Shown here: positions 12,099-25,992 of the stretch, in pieces | Layout of the letters: each line of letters opens with the position of its first letter | Numbering within the stretch: the first letter of the stretch is position 1 | Source: Callorhinchus milii | Taxonomy: Eukaryota | DNA length: 64,000 nt | Assembly: GCF_018977255.1 (NCBI RefSeq) | Contig: NW_024704771.1 | Coordinates: 3,720,001-3,784,000, forward strand | Reading direction: 5' to 3' | Program-made: the position numbers and the translations under genes | Notes under the pieces: generated by a model | The model's input: the letters and a program-made list of their open reading frames with translations, nothing else | Told to the model about the DNA's origin: nothing | Databases searched by the model: none

Positions 12099-12880
12099 GT
12101 AAGGTTTCGAGCTTACCTTACCTTACTTGCTGTGAAGGGCATCTCCAATCAGGACATCGGAAAGATTATTCATTCTTTTGATCGTCTGTAAATTCAAAAA
12201 ATGAAAAATTTGTAGAGGCAGAACAGTTAATAGGACTGCGTGATGTCAAGAAATATTTGTTTATGCACCAAACCAGAAAAACAAGTACGTGTGCAGAGAT
12301 TAGAGACATTCAGAGAAATGTTATCTGTCAGCTCAAGATGCGTAACGAGGAGTTGGCTGGTGTTATCAGTGGGAAACAGAGTGGTTTCATGTCCCAACAT
12401 ATAGTGTAAATACAGCATTTTTGTGTATGGAACTATAGCCGACAACCAAGTATTATTTTATTTCCATGTGTATATAACCAATAAAAAAAAACCTTGTTTT
12501 GGCCCAAACTGTCCTTGTCAAGCCGGTGTTTATCCTGCAATAAAAGTAGAATTTATTTCTTACAGAAAGCACAACCTGCCCCCAAATACTGGGTGTTTGC
12601 TGTCCTGAAAAGGAAACATACGAACAGGAGGCCATTCAGCGCCTCGTGTCTGTTACGCCATTCTATAAGATTTTGGTTGATCCTCCAATTACCCGCCTTT
12701 GCCCTGTTATCCCCGGATACACTTACCTAACAGTGCCTTGATATGGATTCTGAATGGATCCAGGAGCCACGGCATTTGGGGAAGAGAGTTCCACAGAGGG
12801 CGAGAAAGCAGGTCAGAGAGATAGGGAAGTGTGAAAGGATTTGTACGCAAATGAAAGGATCTTGAAATCGATCTGTTCTG

Positions 12881-13235
12881 TGATAGGGAGCCGGTGGAGC
12901 CTGGCGAGGGCTGGGGTGATGGGGGTACAGGGTTTAGTGTGTGTGTTAGGGAGCCGGTGGAGCCTGGCGAGGACTGGGGTGATGGGGGTACGGGTTAGTG
13001 TGTGATAGGGAGCCAGTGGAGCCTGGCGAGGGCTGGGGTGATGGGGGTACAGGGGTTAGTGTGTGATAGGGAGCCGGTGGAGCCTGGCGAGGGCTGGGGT
13101 GATGGGGGTACAGGGGTTAGTGTGTGATAGGGAGCCAGTGGAGCCTGGTGAGGGCTGGGGTGATGGGGGTACAGGGGTTAGTGTGTGCGATAGGGAGCCA
13201 GTGGAGCCTGGCGAGGGCTGGGGTGATGGGGGACA
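12881..13235. repeat. About 61-bp minisatellite (6 copies) inside an L2 fragment
   Basis: GGGAGCC(G/A)GTGGAGCCTGGCGAGGGCTGGGGTGATGGGGGTAC... starting at 12886, 12949, 13007, 13068, 13129 and 13193. Confidence 0.9.
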
Positions 13236-14108
13236 GAAGTTAGTGTGGGTTGGAATACGGGCAGCGCAGTTCTGAATCAGTAGTTTGGTTTGGAGGAGTT
13301 GGAGGACATTGGGTCCAGTCGAGGCGGGAGGTTATGAAGGTGGAGATGAGGGTTTCAAGTGTGTCGAGTGTAACAGTCTCGAAACACCACATAAAGTGTT
13401 GACACACGGAATACGTTTATTTTTTATTCACACAGATTTATATATAAAAAAAATCAGTACAAACAGGGAGACAGACGTGTAAACAGCTCTGTGTACAGAG
13501 CCAAGACGGGCTCCTACGCATTGTCACGAACGACAAACACGAGTGTGCAAGGCACGGGGACGTGCAAATAAATACAATTAATAGTGCATCTCTCTATCTG
13601 GCTAACAGCTGGAATGAGTGTATATAAAAACAGAAGTGGCCGGGAAACACTCAGCGGGTCAGGCAGCATCTACGGAGAGAGAGGAGAAAGTGAGTTCACC
13701 TTTCAGGTCGATGGCCTTTCTTTCATCAGTGGTCATCGGTCTGACGAAAAGCTCTCCATAGATGCTGCCTGACCTGCTGAGCGCTCCCGGACACTTCTGT
13801 TATTGTTTCAGATATCCAGCATCTGCAGTATTTTGGCTTTGGGAATCATTGGGTGTTTTATTTTCACTACGGGCAAGAACCAGCTTGTTGGGGAGGGGAA
13901 AAGGCATTTAAATAGACAAGCAATATCAGTCGCTCTCTCTCACTTTATTCTCCATTAACTGAAGCAGATTTTTCTGTTGGTCAGCCGGGTGTCTGACACG
14001 CGCGGAAACCCATCACCGTGCTTAAGGGTCTGCAAACCAAGCTGAGAATTCCACGGATCCCACCTACGCCTGGAAATCCCAGCGGTAGATTGTTGGAAAG
14101 GAACGCGC

Positions 14109-14149
<41 letters not shown>

Positions 14150-14897
14150 GGAGGGATGCATTCCCTGCTGTCCTCGTTCTGGGGAGTATCAGGCGCAGGT
14201 TGGCAAGAGGCAAGGCTCGGGGGACACCGTAGGGTGTGTGCTGGGGTGACTTAACGCGTTGTGTTGCGTTGCTGACCTCTCACCAGCTAAAACCCTTCCC
14301 TCTCCGCTCAACACAACAACTGTTAGGGAGGGCATTGGAGTAAAAGTGCACACACGCACACGCACACACGCACACACATATGTATCTGCAGTCAAAAAGC
14401 AGGTTCGAGCGAGGCGGATAAAACACAATATTTCCGAGCTCGAAAGTTCCGAGGCCCGGACTCATTCTCGAGACACGTCGGAAGGGCAAACAGAAATAAA
14501 ATGATGGCTTCTCGGATAAAATTTCACTTAAAGAAGGAGCAGTTGGTCACTGAACCCAAACACCATCTCAGGGTGACTTAGGGGCCAATAGATCAGAAAA
14601 GGACTCACAAAACGACTCACCAACGCAAGGTTTGGACCCGGTTGGGTGAGTGTTTAAGACTACCTGGATCTGCGTAGTTGACTCGAAGTAGTGTCTTAAT
14701 AACAATAATAATCCTTGCGTTTAATACAGCACCTTATCACATCATCGAGACGTCTCAAAGCGCTTCACAGGATATACACTGTAAAGTGGAGTGACCGTGT
14801 ATTCTGCGGGCGAAACGCAGCAGCGTCCCACAGACAATTGGGAATTGAGGGATAAGGCGCAAGGGTCAAATGCAAGGGTTAGTAAGGGATATTAGGA

Positions 14898-15805
14898 TTA
14901 TTTCTGGAGCGTGCCGACAGGTTTCTTTCTGAGCTGCCAGAGGTGGCCCTGGATTGTCAGGGCGTCCACGTTGGCAGACATTGTCTTGGAGGGGATGGGT
15001 TGGAACTGTTTGCGATCGGAGTTGTACTTGTACAGGTTCTCGATCATTTTCTTCTGGATGCTGCGTGGCCCTGAGCCGGCCAGTTTGTGGATCTCCTCCA
15101 TCTCGGGGCAATAGGAATAGAGGGCCCGGAACTGGCACTGGTGGTCACGGAACAGAATCACGCACTGGTTCAGCCCACACTTCTCCAGCTCCTGTAACAC
15201 CAACACACGATCAGATCAACGCCAACGCACAATCAGAGTAACACCAACACACAATCAGAGTAACACCAACACACAATCAGAGTAACACCAACACACAATC
15301 AGAGTAACACCAACACACAATCAACACCAACACACAATCAGATCAACACCAACACACAATCAGAGTAACACCAACACACAATCAGAGTAACACCAACACA
15401 CAATCAGCTCAATACTAACACCAACATACAATCAACTAACTCATCAACAACAACTCACTCACTCACTCACTCACTCACTCACTTACTCACTCACTCAACA
15501 GCTTACATTTACGCAGCACCTATCCCGTTGGGAGGACGTCTCAAAGCGCTTCACAGGGTTTGCTGTAAAGGGTTTTGTAGGCGAACGAGACAGCCACCAA
15601 GTGCACGAACAGCAGATCGTGTTCACGAGCTACACCTGAGGCAGAGCGGCAGCGGAGACTGTTTTGCTCAACCGAGTGTCTTGACACCCGCGGAAACTCA
15701 TCACCGTCACTTAAGAGTCTCCAAACCCCAACTGAGAATTCCAGGCATCCCACCTACACATGGACATCCCGGAGAGAGATTGTAGGAACAGAATGCGCTC
15801 CCCCC

Positions 15806-15842
<37 letters not shown>

Positions 15843-17531
15843 CCTGGAGGGACGCACCCTGCTGACCGAATTCCAGAGAGCATTAGGCGCAGGTTGGCAA
15901 GGGCTGAGATCTTGGAGAGCCCAGAGTGTGTGTTGGGGTAACTGCTGGAGTCTGACCAGCTACAACCATTGATATCGCTGTCACAGTGACTGCGTTGAGA
16001 GCTAGGCCACTCACTCACCTCGATCATGATGCTTCTCTGAGACTCATTAGCTTTGCCGGCCAGACAGCAGTGGTTCAAGGCGTTGTGCAGAATGAGCCGG
16101 TTGGATTTGGCGCTGGGCTCCTTAAACATCCGCAGACCTGGGCGACAGACCAGAGACAGTATGCACAGAGTCACGCAGCTCCCATTTGCACCGAGAGACT
16201 GCCTTGCACTTAAAAGCACCACAGCATCGACAACACTACCACCACCGGCGCACCCCTCAGACAGGATAGCCTCTCGGAGCTCACCGCACCAACGTTACGC
16301 TTAAAAGCGTCGCAGAAACGTCAGGCAGAGACGGATCACAAAGCTGCATTTAATAATAACAATCTTTGCACTTGAAAAAAGCGCCTTATCACGTTGCTGA
16401 GGCGCTTCACAGAATATCCTGTAAAGTACAGTGACCGTGTGATTTTGTGGGCGAAACACGACAGCCAATTGCGCACAGCAGTGTCCCACAAGCAGTTGTG
16501 GATTAAGCGACCGCATTTTTTCGGGGGTCTATTGCCCCCGGAAAGGGCTCCGTCAATGGACTAACAACCAGGTTCCTGATTACTGCTTGGTCAACAGAGG
16601 CGTGCGTGAAGTGGAGTAAAGGGAAGGTTTCGCACCGCCCGGGTGAACTCGCTTCACCATTATCCTCTCCCCCCCCCCCGTGCCCCCGTCCCAGCCTATA
16701 GCTCAGTGGTTAGACGTCCGCCAGACCTCCATGTGATTCTCGCGCAGGGCGAAATGTTGGGCAACTTACTCCACACACACGCACGCGCCTCTGTCTACCT
16801 GGCGGTAAGCAAGAACCGACTGTTAAGTCAATTGGCGGATCGTTTCTTCTGATGGCAATAATTCCTTCCCCACAAAAAAAGAATAATAATAAAATACTAA
16901 ATAATACTGATTAAAAACAAGTCAATCCACGACTGTTTTTGGGGGGGGGAAGCTGTTGTGCGCAATTGGCTGCCGAGTTTCGCCCACAGAATATGCAGTC
17001 ACCACACTTTACAGTATATTCTCTCAAGCGCTTCGAGACGTCTCGAAGATCTGAGGAGGGGCGCTGTGTCAAATGCAAGGATCATCATTATTATGATTAT
17101 TATCATTATTATAATTATTATAATTATTGTAATTATTGTAATTATTGTAATTATTATAATTATTATTATGAGTACTATGATTAATATGATTATTGTGATT
17201 ATTAGGGTTATTAGGATTATTATCCTCCTCCTCGGTGAACGGCCCAGGTACCTGGTGACTCTGTGGCTGGGTGTCTGTCCTTCTCCGCAGTGGGAGTATT
17301 GCTCAGGATCAGGGTCCTGGACATGGTGGACGCAGCCTCTGGCTGCTGCTCCCTGAATAAGCCACAAACAGAACCTTAACACAAGTTATTTTCTGCCCGA
17401 CCGGGTGTCTGACACACACACACACAAGAAAATCCATCGCCGTTGCTTAAGAGTCTCCAAACCCAACTGAGAATTCCATGGATCTCACCTCCATCTGGAA
17501 ATCCCAGAGATAAATTGTTGGAATGAATGTG

Positions 17532-17562
<31 letters not shown>

Positions 17563-20500
17563 GGGATGCATCCGGCTCACCTAATTCCAGAGAGTATTAG
17601 GCGCAGGTTGGCGAGAGCCCAGAGTGTGAGTTGGGGTAACTGCTGGGGTCTAACCAGCTGAAACCTCGGTGTCTGGTAGGGTTGGGGACTTCCTGCTCCT
17701 GCTCCTGCTTGCAGTGCGCACGCCATCCTGCAATTCCAACTTGGACAAGACATCTGTCCCCCATTCCACATCTGTCCACTCGCCACCCCCACACCCCATA
17801 GGAGCAGGAGGAAACCATTCAGCCCTTCGAGCCTGTTCCACCATGCAATTACATCATGGCTGATCTGCACCTCAACTCCGATCACCCGCGTCCTGATTCC
17901 TAACTGGCCTCAGCTCCAATTTGAAGGTGATTCCCCCCTTGTTCTGGATTCCAGCGCCTTGGGACGTCCTCCCGACGTGAAAGGCGCTCAATAAATGGAA
18001 TCTTGTTGTTGTTGTTGTTGTTGGATTCCCCCCCCCACACACACACACACCAGAGGATATGGTTTCTCTGTAGCTAACGGCAATACTTACTCGTCTGCCG
18101 GGAATCCATCCTCACAGACCTGGGTGTGTGGAATTGTTCCTGTTAATAAGAGAATAACTCTGGTTCGCAGCCCACCATAATGGCCACAACACATCACATT
18201 CACACAGCGCCTTTCACGTCAGGAGGACCTCCCAAGGCGCCGGATTTGGACCCGAGCTGAGGGGTGGGATCAGGAGGGGTGGGTGGAGGGCGGGGAGGGT
18301 AGGGGCAGGAGGGTCGACCGAAGGTGTCGTCGAAGTGGAGAGTCTTGAGAACGTGACTTGAAGGAGGCAAGGGAGGGAAGCGAGGAGAAGGGACTGTCTG
18401 ATTCACAGTCACTACACTTTACAGCATATTCCGTGAAACGCTTTGAGAGCCAACAACGTGATAAGGCAAGGATTCCTATTATATTCTGCGTTTCAGACCA
18501 ATTTTTCTCTTGAAGATCTTATTGTCATCATGTATTATTATCATAAGAATTATTATTGTTATTAAACTTGTGACCCATTCCCACGAACCCCTCATGGAAA
18601 GGGCCGGTCTGTGTCGCCACCTCGTGATCAGGGAGAGAATAGCCTCTCAGCGTAAAGCAAGAATCTTTCTTCCAGCATTTATCAGATCTAAAACACCTTA
18701 AAACTCTCCCGAGCCTCTGACTGTCGGCTGTAGGCAGAACGCAGCAGCACAACAATGTCTTGCAAACCTCTCTTGTGGCGTGATTTAGCGTCCGACCGAA
18801 CAGGCACAGATATTTATCATTGATATTAATAATAATCTTAAGTAACGATCATTCGACATCGAACCTCGTCACATCCCATCGTTGAAACGTCTCAAAGCGC
18901 TTCACAGAATCCACTGTAAAGTGCAGGGACTGTGCATTTGTAGATAATAACATAGCGTATATTTCACACAGCACCTTATCAAAGCGCCGCACCTACTGTA
19001 TGTATATTGTAAAGTGTAGTGACTGTGTCTTTTGGGGGGCAGAACGCAGCAGACGTGGATTGAGTGACCAAATTTATCTGGGGGGTGGTTTTCGGCCAGG
19101 ACACTGGGAGGAATTCCCTTCTCTTTATGAATAGCGCCGTGGGATCTTTAAAGGTCCAACTGGACAGACAGACGCTCAATTTAATGTCCCGTCCGAAGGA
19201 CGACACCTCCAAACAATGCAACGATCTCTAACATCTTTTAACTGATGTGAGTCTTGAGCCCTGGTGATGTGATTGAGAGACCAGTGTTACTGACCGACAT
19301 AAATAAATGATAATAATGACACTTGCATTTGATATAGCGCTTTACCACATCATTGAGACGCCTCAAAGCGCTTCGCAGGATGTACTATGATGGCCCATCG
19401 TGCGCAGCAGTGTCCCACAAACGGTGAGGGAGTTACTTTGGGGGACAGGGAGAGAGAGAGAGAGAGTAACTCCCTTCTCTTTTCCAATAGCATCTTTAAT
19501 ATCCGCCTGAACAGGGAGACAGGCTGCGCGTCTCGTCCGAATGACGGCACTTCTGACGATGCAACACCCCCCCCAGTGCTGCGTTGGAGCATCAGCTTAG
19601 ACTAAGAGATTCCGAGTCCCGATGTGGGGGCTCGAACCCACAACCTTCCGACTCGGAGACGAGAGACGAGAGAGAGAGAGAGAGAGAGAGACCGACTGAG
19701 CCAGGCCGAGACGTTGTGACCCAGACTCTGTGGCTTTGCGGTGACTGGGTTACTCACTTGCTTTCAGTCCGGACTTGGACAGTCCTGAGTCGGTGCCCGG
19801 CCTCTGACGCACGACCACAGCCTCCTCCTTCCTGAGCCGGATCTCTCTGGCTCTCCGTCTGCTCACAGAGGGAGCAGAGATAACCGGGGCCGGGGTGGGG
19901 AGGGGGGGAGAGAGATAATAAGTCACCGATCATGGGGAGGGAGATAGAGGGTGGGAGAGCAGAAGGGGTAGGGGTAGGAAGGGAGAGAACAGGTGGGGAA
20001 GAGGAGGGTAGGGGGGGAAAAGGAGGGGCAGGGGGAGAGGAGGGGTAGGGGGAGAGGACGGGTAGGGGGGAGAGATGGGTTACAGGGGGAGGGGTGGGGT
20101 AGTGGGGGGAGAGCAGAGGTAGGGAGGGGAGAGGAGGGATGGGGGCGAGAGTAGGGGTAATGGGGAGAGGAGGGGTATGGGGGAAATGAGGAGGGGTAAC
20201 GAGATGGGGGGAGAGGATGGGCAATGGGATGGGGGAAGAGGATGGGTAATAGGATGGGAGAGAGGAGGGATAGGGGGAAAAACAACAACAGGATTACGTT
20301 TGTATAGCGCCTTTCACGTCAGGAGGACGTCCCAAGGCGCTGGACAGTGTACAGCATTGCAGACCCGAGCTGGGGTTGGGGGGGGGGAGAAGGGCAGGGA
20401 GGGGAAGGGGGTGGTCGACGGCATGGTCGAAGAGGAGGGTCTTGAGGTGGGACTTGAAGGAGGCTAAGGAGGGGGCGAGACAGAGTGACTGGGGGTTGGA

Positions 20501-23500
20501 ATTCCAGAGGTTGGGGGCAGAGTGACTGAAGGCTCTCCCGCCAATGGTGGGGCGGGTGGGTCGGGGGACGAGGAGCAATGTTACGGAGGTGAGGGAAGGC
20601 AGAGCGGGTCATGGCTTGGATGTGGGTGCTTGGATCATTCAGAACTCATTCAGAACTCTGCAGCTCGTGTACTGTCCCGCACTAGGCTTCGCGACCACAT
20701 CACTCCCACCCTCGCTCCCCTCCACTGGCTCCCCATCCCCCAGAGGATTGATTTCAAGATCCTCATCCTCACCTACAAGGCCATTCACGGCCTCGCTCCC
20801 TCCTACCTCTCCAACCTACTATCCCCCTACCTACCTGCCCGTACCCTCCATTCCTCCGGCTCCGGTCTGCTCCACGTCCCCCGCCCCAACCGCCCTACCA
20901 TCGGTGGCCGGGCCTTCAGCCTCTCAGCCCCGAGGCTCTGGAACTCCATCCCCCAGTGCCTTCGCCGCTTCCTCCCTTTCCTCCTTCAAGGCCGGTCTCA
21001 AGACCTTTCTCTTTGACCGAGCATTCAGGTCCCCTCTCGACTCTTCCCCCTTCTCGCTCCCTCCCTCCCCTCCCCTCACCCTGACCATTTCCCCCCTCCT
21101 CGCTCCCTCCCTTCCCTCCCCTCACCCTGACCATTTCCCCCCTCCTCGCTCCCTCCCTTCCCTCCCCTCACCCTGACCATTTCCCCCCTCCTCGCTCCCT
21201 CCCTTCCCTCCCCTCACCCTGACCATTTCCCCCCACTGCTCGGGTCATGACCCAACTGTGCAGCGCCTCGGGACGTCCTCCTGACGTGAAAGGCGCTTTA
21301 TAAATGGAATCTTGTTGTTGTTGTTGTTGTTGTGGGGGAGAAAAGACAGTTGAGGATCGAACAAGACACCCGGGTTCCTGATGGCTGGTGAGTTGTGGTG
21401 AGCAACCATGGAGGGTGACGCTGCCAGAGCCTGAGGTGCTGAGGCACTGGCGTGAGCCGATCGGGAGGGCCTCAGTCTTGTTCACGTTCAACTGTAGGAA
21501 ATTTGCCCTCATCCAGGACTTGATGTCCCACCGCAGTCTGTCAGGACAGCAGTGCTCCTGGAGTTGAGGGTGGAGGCAGAACGATAGAGTTGGGTGTCAT
21601 CCGCATACGTGTGGAAGTTGACCCCATGTCTGCGGGTGATGTCAATGGGGAGGCTGTAGACATCAAAGAGGAGAGGGCCAAGGACAGAGCCCTGGGGGAC
21701 GCCAGACATGACAGTGCGGGGGCTGGAGGAGAAACCGTTAGAGGCAATGGAGGGGATGGGGGGGGGGGGGAGGACTCACCGAGCCTGTTCCCGCTGGCGT
21801 TCCTGGTCGCTCTCTTGCTGTTCCCGCCGGAGCCTGGCCCCCTCGCTCCGCTGCTGCTGCTTGAGGATGAAGAGCGCTCGTCTGTGTGCTACCGTGTCCT
21901 GGCGACAGAGGCAGCAATGGTTACAGCACCTGCCCACCACCCCCCCCCCCCCACCCCACAACCCCATCACACAGGCCCTCTCCACCCCCAACCCCCTACG
22001 TCACACAGGCCCTGCGCCCCCACCCTCATTCCTGTCCCCGCTCCCCAACTCTCTGTCATTCCCGGCTCAAGCCATTCACCCAACGCACACTCCCCCCCCC
22101 AAAGCCTTGGCCCTTGCCAACCTGTGCCTAATACTGTCCGGAATTAGGGGTAAGCAGGGCGCGTCCCTCCAGGGGGGGAGAGAGAGAGAGAGAGAGAGAG
22201 AGGGAGACAATCTAGCGCTGGGATTTCCGGGTGTGGGTGGGATCCATGGAATTCTCAGCTCGGTTTGGAGACCCTTAAGCGACGGTGTCGGGGTCCGGTG
22301 CGCGTCAGACACCCGGCTGACCCCGAACACGTTTCAAAGCGCTTCGCGGGCTGCACTGTAAAGTGGAGTGACTGTACGTCTTGTGGGGGAAAGGGGCCCA
22401 ATTGCGCACAGCAAACAGTCGTGGATTGAGTGACCAATTTTTTTGGGGGGAAGGGGTTAGTAACCCCAGAAAGCGATCTGTCAATCGACTAACAACCGTG
22501 TTCCCATTTACCGCTGTGCGTGTGCGGGTGTGTGGGTGTGTGTGTGTGTGGTGTTTGTGGTGTCTATGTGGTGTGTGTGTGATGTGTGTCTGTTGGGTGT
22601 GTGTAGTGTTTGTGGTGTGTGTGTTATGGTGTGTGTGTGTGTGTGTGTGTGCACACGCGTGTGTGGTGTGTGCCTGTGGTGTGTATGGTGTGTGCATGGT
22701 GTGTTTGTGGTGTGTGTGATGTGTGTGTGTGCNNNNNNNNNNNNNNNNNNNNNNNNNNNNNNNNNNNNNNNNNNNNNNNNNNNNNNNNNNNNNNNNNNNN
22801 NNNNNNNNNNNNNNNNNNNNNNNNNNNNNNNNNNNNNNNNNNNNNNNNNNNNNNNNNNNNNNNNNNNNNNNNNNNNNNNNNNNNNNNNNNNNNNNNNNNN
22901 NNNNNNNNNNNNNNNNNNNNNNNNNNNNGTGTCGAGTGCTCGAATCACTGCGCCACAGGACTCCACAGAGTCAGGTGGTCCGAGTTTGGACGGTCTCTCA
23001 CCGCGGCTGCGCTTGGTGTTGGTTTGGGGGTCTCCCGTCCCCCGGGGTCTGGTCGGAGCTCGGGGGACCCCCGGCTCAGCCCCTCCAGCTCCGACTGCAC
23101 CACATTCAGGCTCCGGTTCAACTCCTCCAAACCGGCCCCCTCCCCCGCTTCGGGGTCGCCCCGGGCCTCGCTCCGCAGCCCCCACTCCGGCCACACCCGG
23201 TGCCCGTTTGCGGGGGGCTCGCCGGGAACCTCCCTGTCCTCCCGGCCCCCCTCCGCAGCCCCAGCCAGCAGAGCAAACGCCTCCTGCCCCAGCCTCTGCC
23301 TGTGGCTGGCGGCCATTTCCTCCACGGCCCGGATCTGAGCCAGGATCTCCCTGCGCTTGGCCTCCAGCCGCCTGCGGAGCCCCGTCTGCTCCTCCGTCTC
23401 CCCGGGGCCCGGCTCCTCCGCTCCCGCCGGGGCCCCCAGCGCTGGGGCAGGGCAGGGGTGCCGTTTGCCCCGCCCCTTCCGGAACCTTCTCTCGGCGAAG

Positions 23501-25473
23501 CTGGTCATCTGGACCCCGTTGGCCGGTGGACACTGCGAGGGGTCAGCGCCGGCCTCTCCGCCCCCCCCCTCCCCATCCCCATCCCCCTCCCCCTCCCCCC
23601 GGCTCGGGCCCCGGCCTCCCTTCCGGATGATGTAGCTGTGTTGACGGCTGATTGGCTTCTTCCGGCCGGGCGGGGCGTCCGCAGGCTCCTCCCCCTCAGA
23701 ATTCCCAGAATTCCCGTCGTTCCCGGGATTCAGGACGTTCCCAGAACGCTCGACGGCCCCGGAATTCTCGACGGCCCCTGAGTTCTCGACGGCCCCGGAA
23801 TTCTCGACGGTTCCGGAATTCCCGACGGCCCCGGAGTTCCCGACGGTCCCGGAATTCTCGACGGCCCCGGAGTTCCCAACGGCCCCGGAGTTCCCGACGG
23901 TCCCGGAATTCTCGACGACCCCGGAATTCCCGACGGCCCCGGAATTCCCGACGGCCCCGGAGTTCCCGACGGCCCCGGAGTTCCCGACGGTCCAGGAATT
24001 CTCGACGGTCCCGGAATTCCCGACGTTCCCAGAACAGGAGTCCAGCCCCGCCCTCGTGGCGTCCCACCCCAGACAGCTCAGGCCGTGGCCATGGCCCCCG
24101 ATGATGGGCAGACCCGTGGCTCTGGCACTCTCTGGCGTGTGTGGCCGGTCAGACAGGATGTAGCTGTTGCGGAGCAGGTGGCCGGCCCGCGGTTTCGCCG
24201 GGAGCCGCGTCCCCTCAGCGTCGCCGCCGCCCTCCCGTCTCCGAACCCGCTCCGTCTCCCTCCTCCCGGCTCCCCCCAGCTCAGCGGGAGCCTCGCCCGG
24301 CTCCGACACAACCGTCTCAGGAGGGAATCGCGAGGACGGACAGGCGTCGGGGAGCGCTGATGGACTCTTCGTCTCTTCCTGAATGGGCTTCATTGCAGAG
24401 GTGGTCCTCCCAACTACAACTACAACAACAGCAGCAACTTCATCATCATCGATATCATCATCATCAACAACTTCATCATCATCATCAACATCAGCAACAA
24501 CAACATCAGCAACTTCATCATCATCATCATCAGCCTCATCAACATCAACAACAACAACATCATCATCATCAACATCATCATCATCAACATCAGCAACAAC
24601 AACATCATCAACAACATCATCAACATCATCATCATCAGCAACAACAACAACAACAACATCATCGTCAACACACACACACACACGCTCTTTGTTTCCCCTG
24701 GACGCAATCGAGTGCGCGCAAAATGCCCAGTCACTTCACTTTACAGTCTGTTCTGTGAAGCACTTTGAGACGTGATGATCAAATGCGGATTAATATTATT
24801 ATTATTTATTTCACACCTTTCACGTCGGGAGGATGTCCCGAAGCGCTGGACAGTCAGGGATTGCCCCCCCGCCCCCCCCCCCCCCCCCCCGAGCTGGGGG
24901 TTGGGATCAGGCGGGACAGGGGAAGTGTGGGGGTAGGAGGGTGACCGAAGGCGCGGTTGGAGAGGAAGCTGTTGAGATGGGCTTCGGAAGGAGACGAGGG
25001 CGGGGGGCGGGGGGGGGGGGGGAGAGAGAGAGGAGGGCGACATGGCGCAGGCTGGAGCCCGCTGAGCGGAGGTCACGGAGGTAGGGACGGGCAAGGTCAT
25101 GGTGGACTTCCAAAGCAATCGGAGGATGTCGAATGGGAAGCGTTTCCACGCGAGTCTTGACTGCACGGGGTGGGGCGGGGGGTGGGGAGGGAGGGAGAGG
25201 GTGAGGTTGGGGTGGGGGGGACCAACGGTTAATCTTGGCCTCTCCTCCTCACCTTCATCTTCGCTCCTCGCCTTCTCGTCCTCCTCGTCGGGACAGCGGG
25301 AATCCCAGCCCTCCTCGGGGGAGCGACTGGAAAGGGGCTCAGAGCCGGGAAGATGGGGAACACGGTGGCCCTGGTCGCTCATCGTGGGGTCAAACTTACA
25401 GTTGGGGCTGTTCGGAGCAGCTGTAGTGACGGGGAGAAGATTTCAAAGGGAGTCGGGAGTTTTCTCTGTCGCG

Positions 25474-25504
<31 letters not shown>

Positions 25505-25952
25505 TTTCTCTCGCTCTCTCGCTCTCGTTCCCTCTCTCTCTCACGTTTTCCCTCTCGCTCTCACTCTCTCTCACGCTCTCTCTCTCTCTCACACTTTCTC
25601 TCGCTCTCTCTCTCTCTCTCGCTCACTCTCGCGCTCTGTCTCTCTCTCACGTTTTCCCTCTCGCTCTCACTCTCTCTCACGCGCTCTCTCTCTCGCGCTC
25701 TCTCTCTCTCTCGTGCGCTCTCTCACTCGTTCTTTTTTGCTCGCTCTCTCTTCTTCACTTTTGCTCGCTCTCGCTCGTTTTCTCTCTCTTTCTCTCTCTC
25801 TCTCTCTCGCTCCCTCTCGCGCTCCCTCTCTCTCGCTCTCTCTCTCACGCTCTCTCTCTCTCTCTCTCTCGTGCGCTCTCTCACTCGTCCTTTTTTGCTC
25901 GCTCTCTCTTCTTCACTATTGCTCGCTCTCGCTCGTTTTCTGTCTCTCCCTT

Positions 25953-25992
<40 letters not shown>

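Noticed and set aside
24413-24681. Asp/Val-rich N-terminus of the 578-aa ORF
   Set aside because: Microsatellite upstream of a phase-compatible acceptor at 24414; treated as intron.
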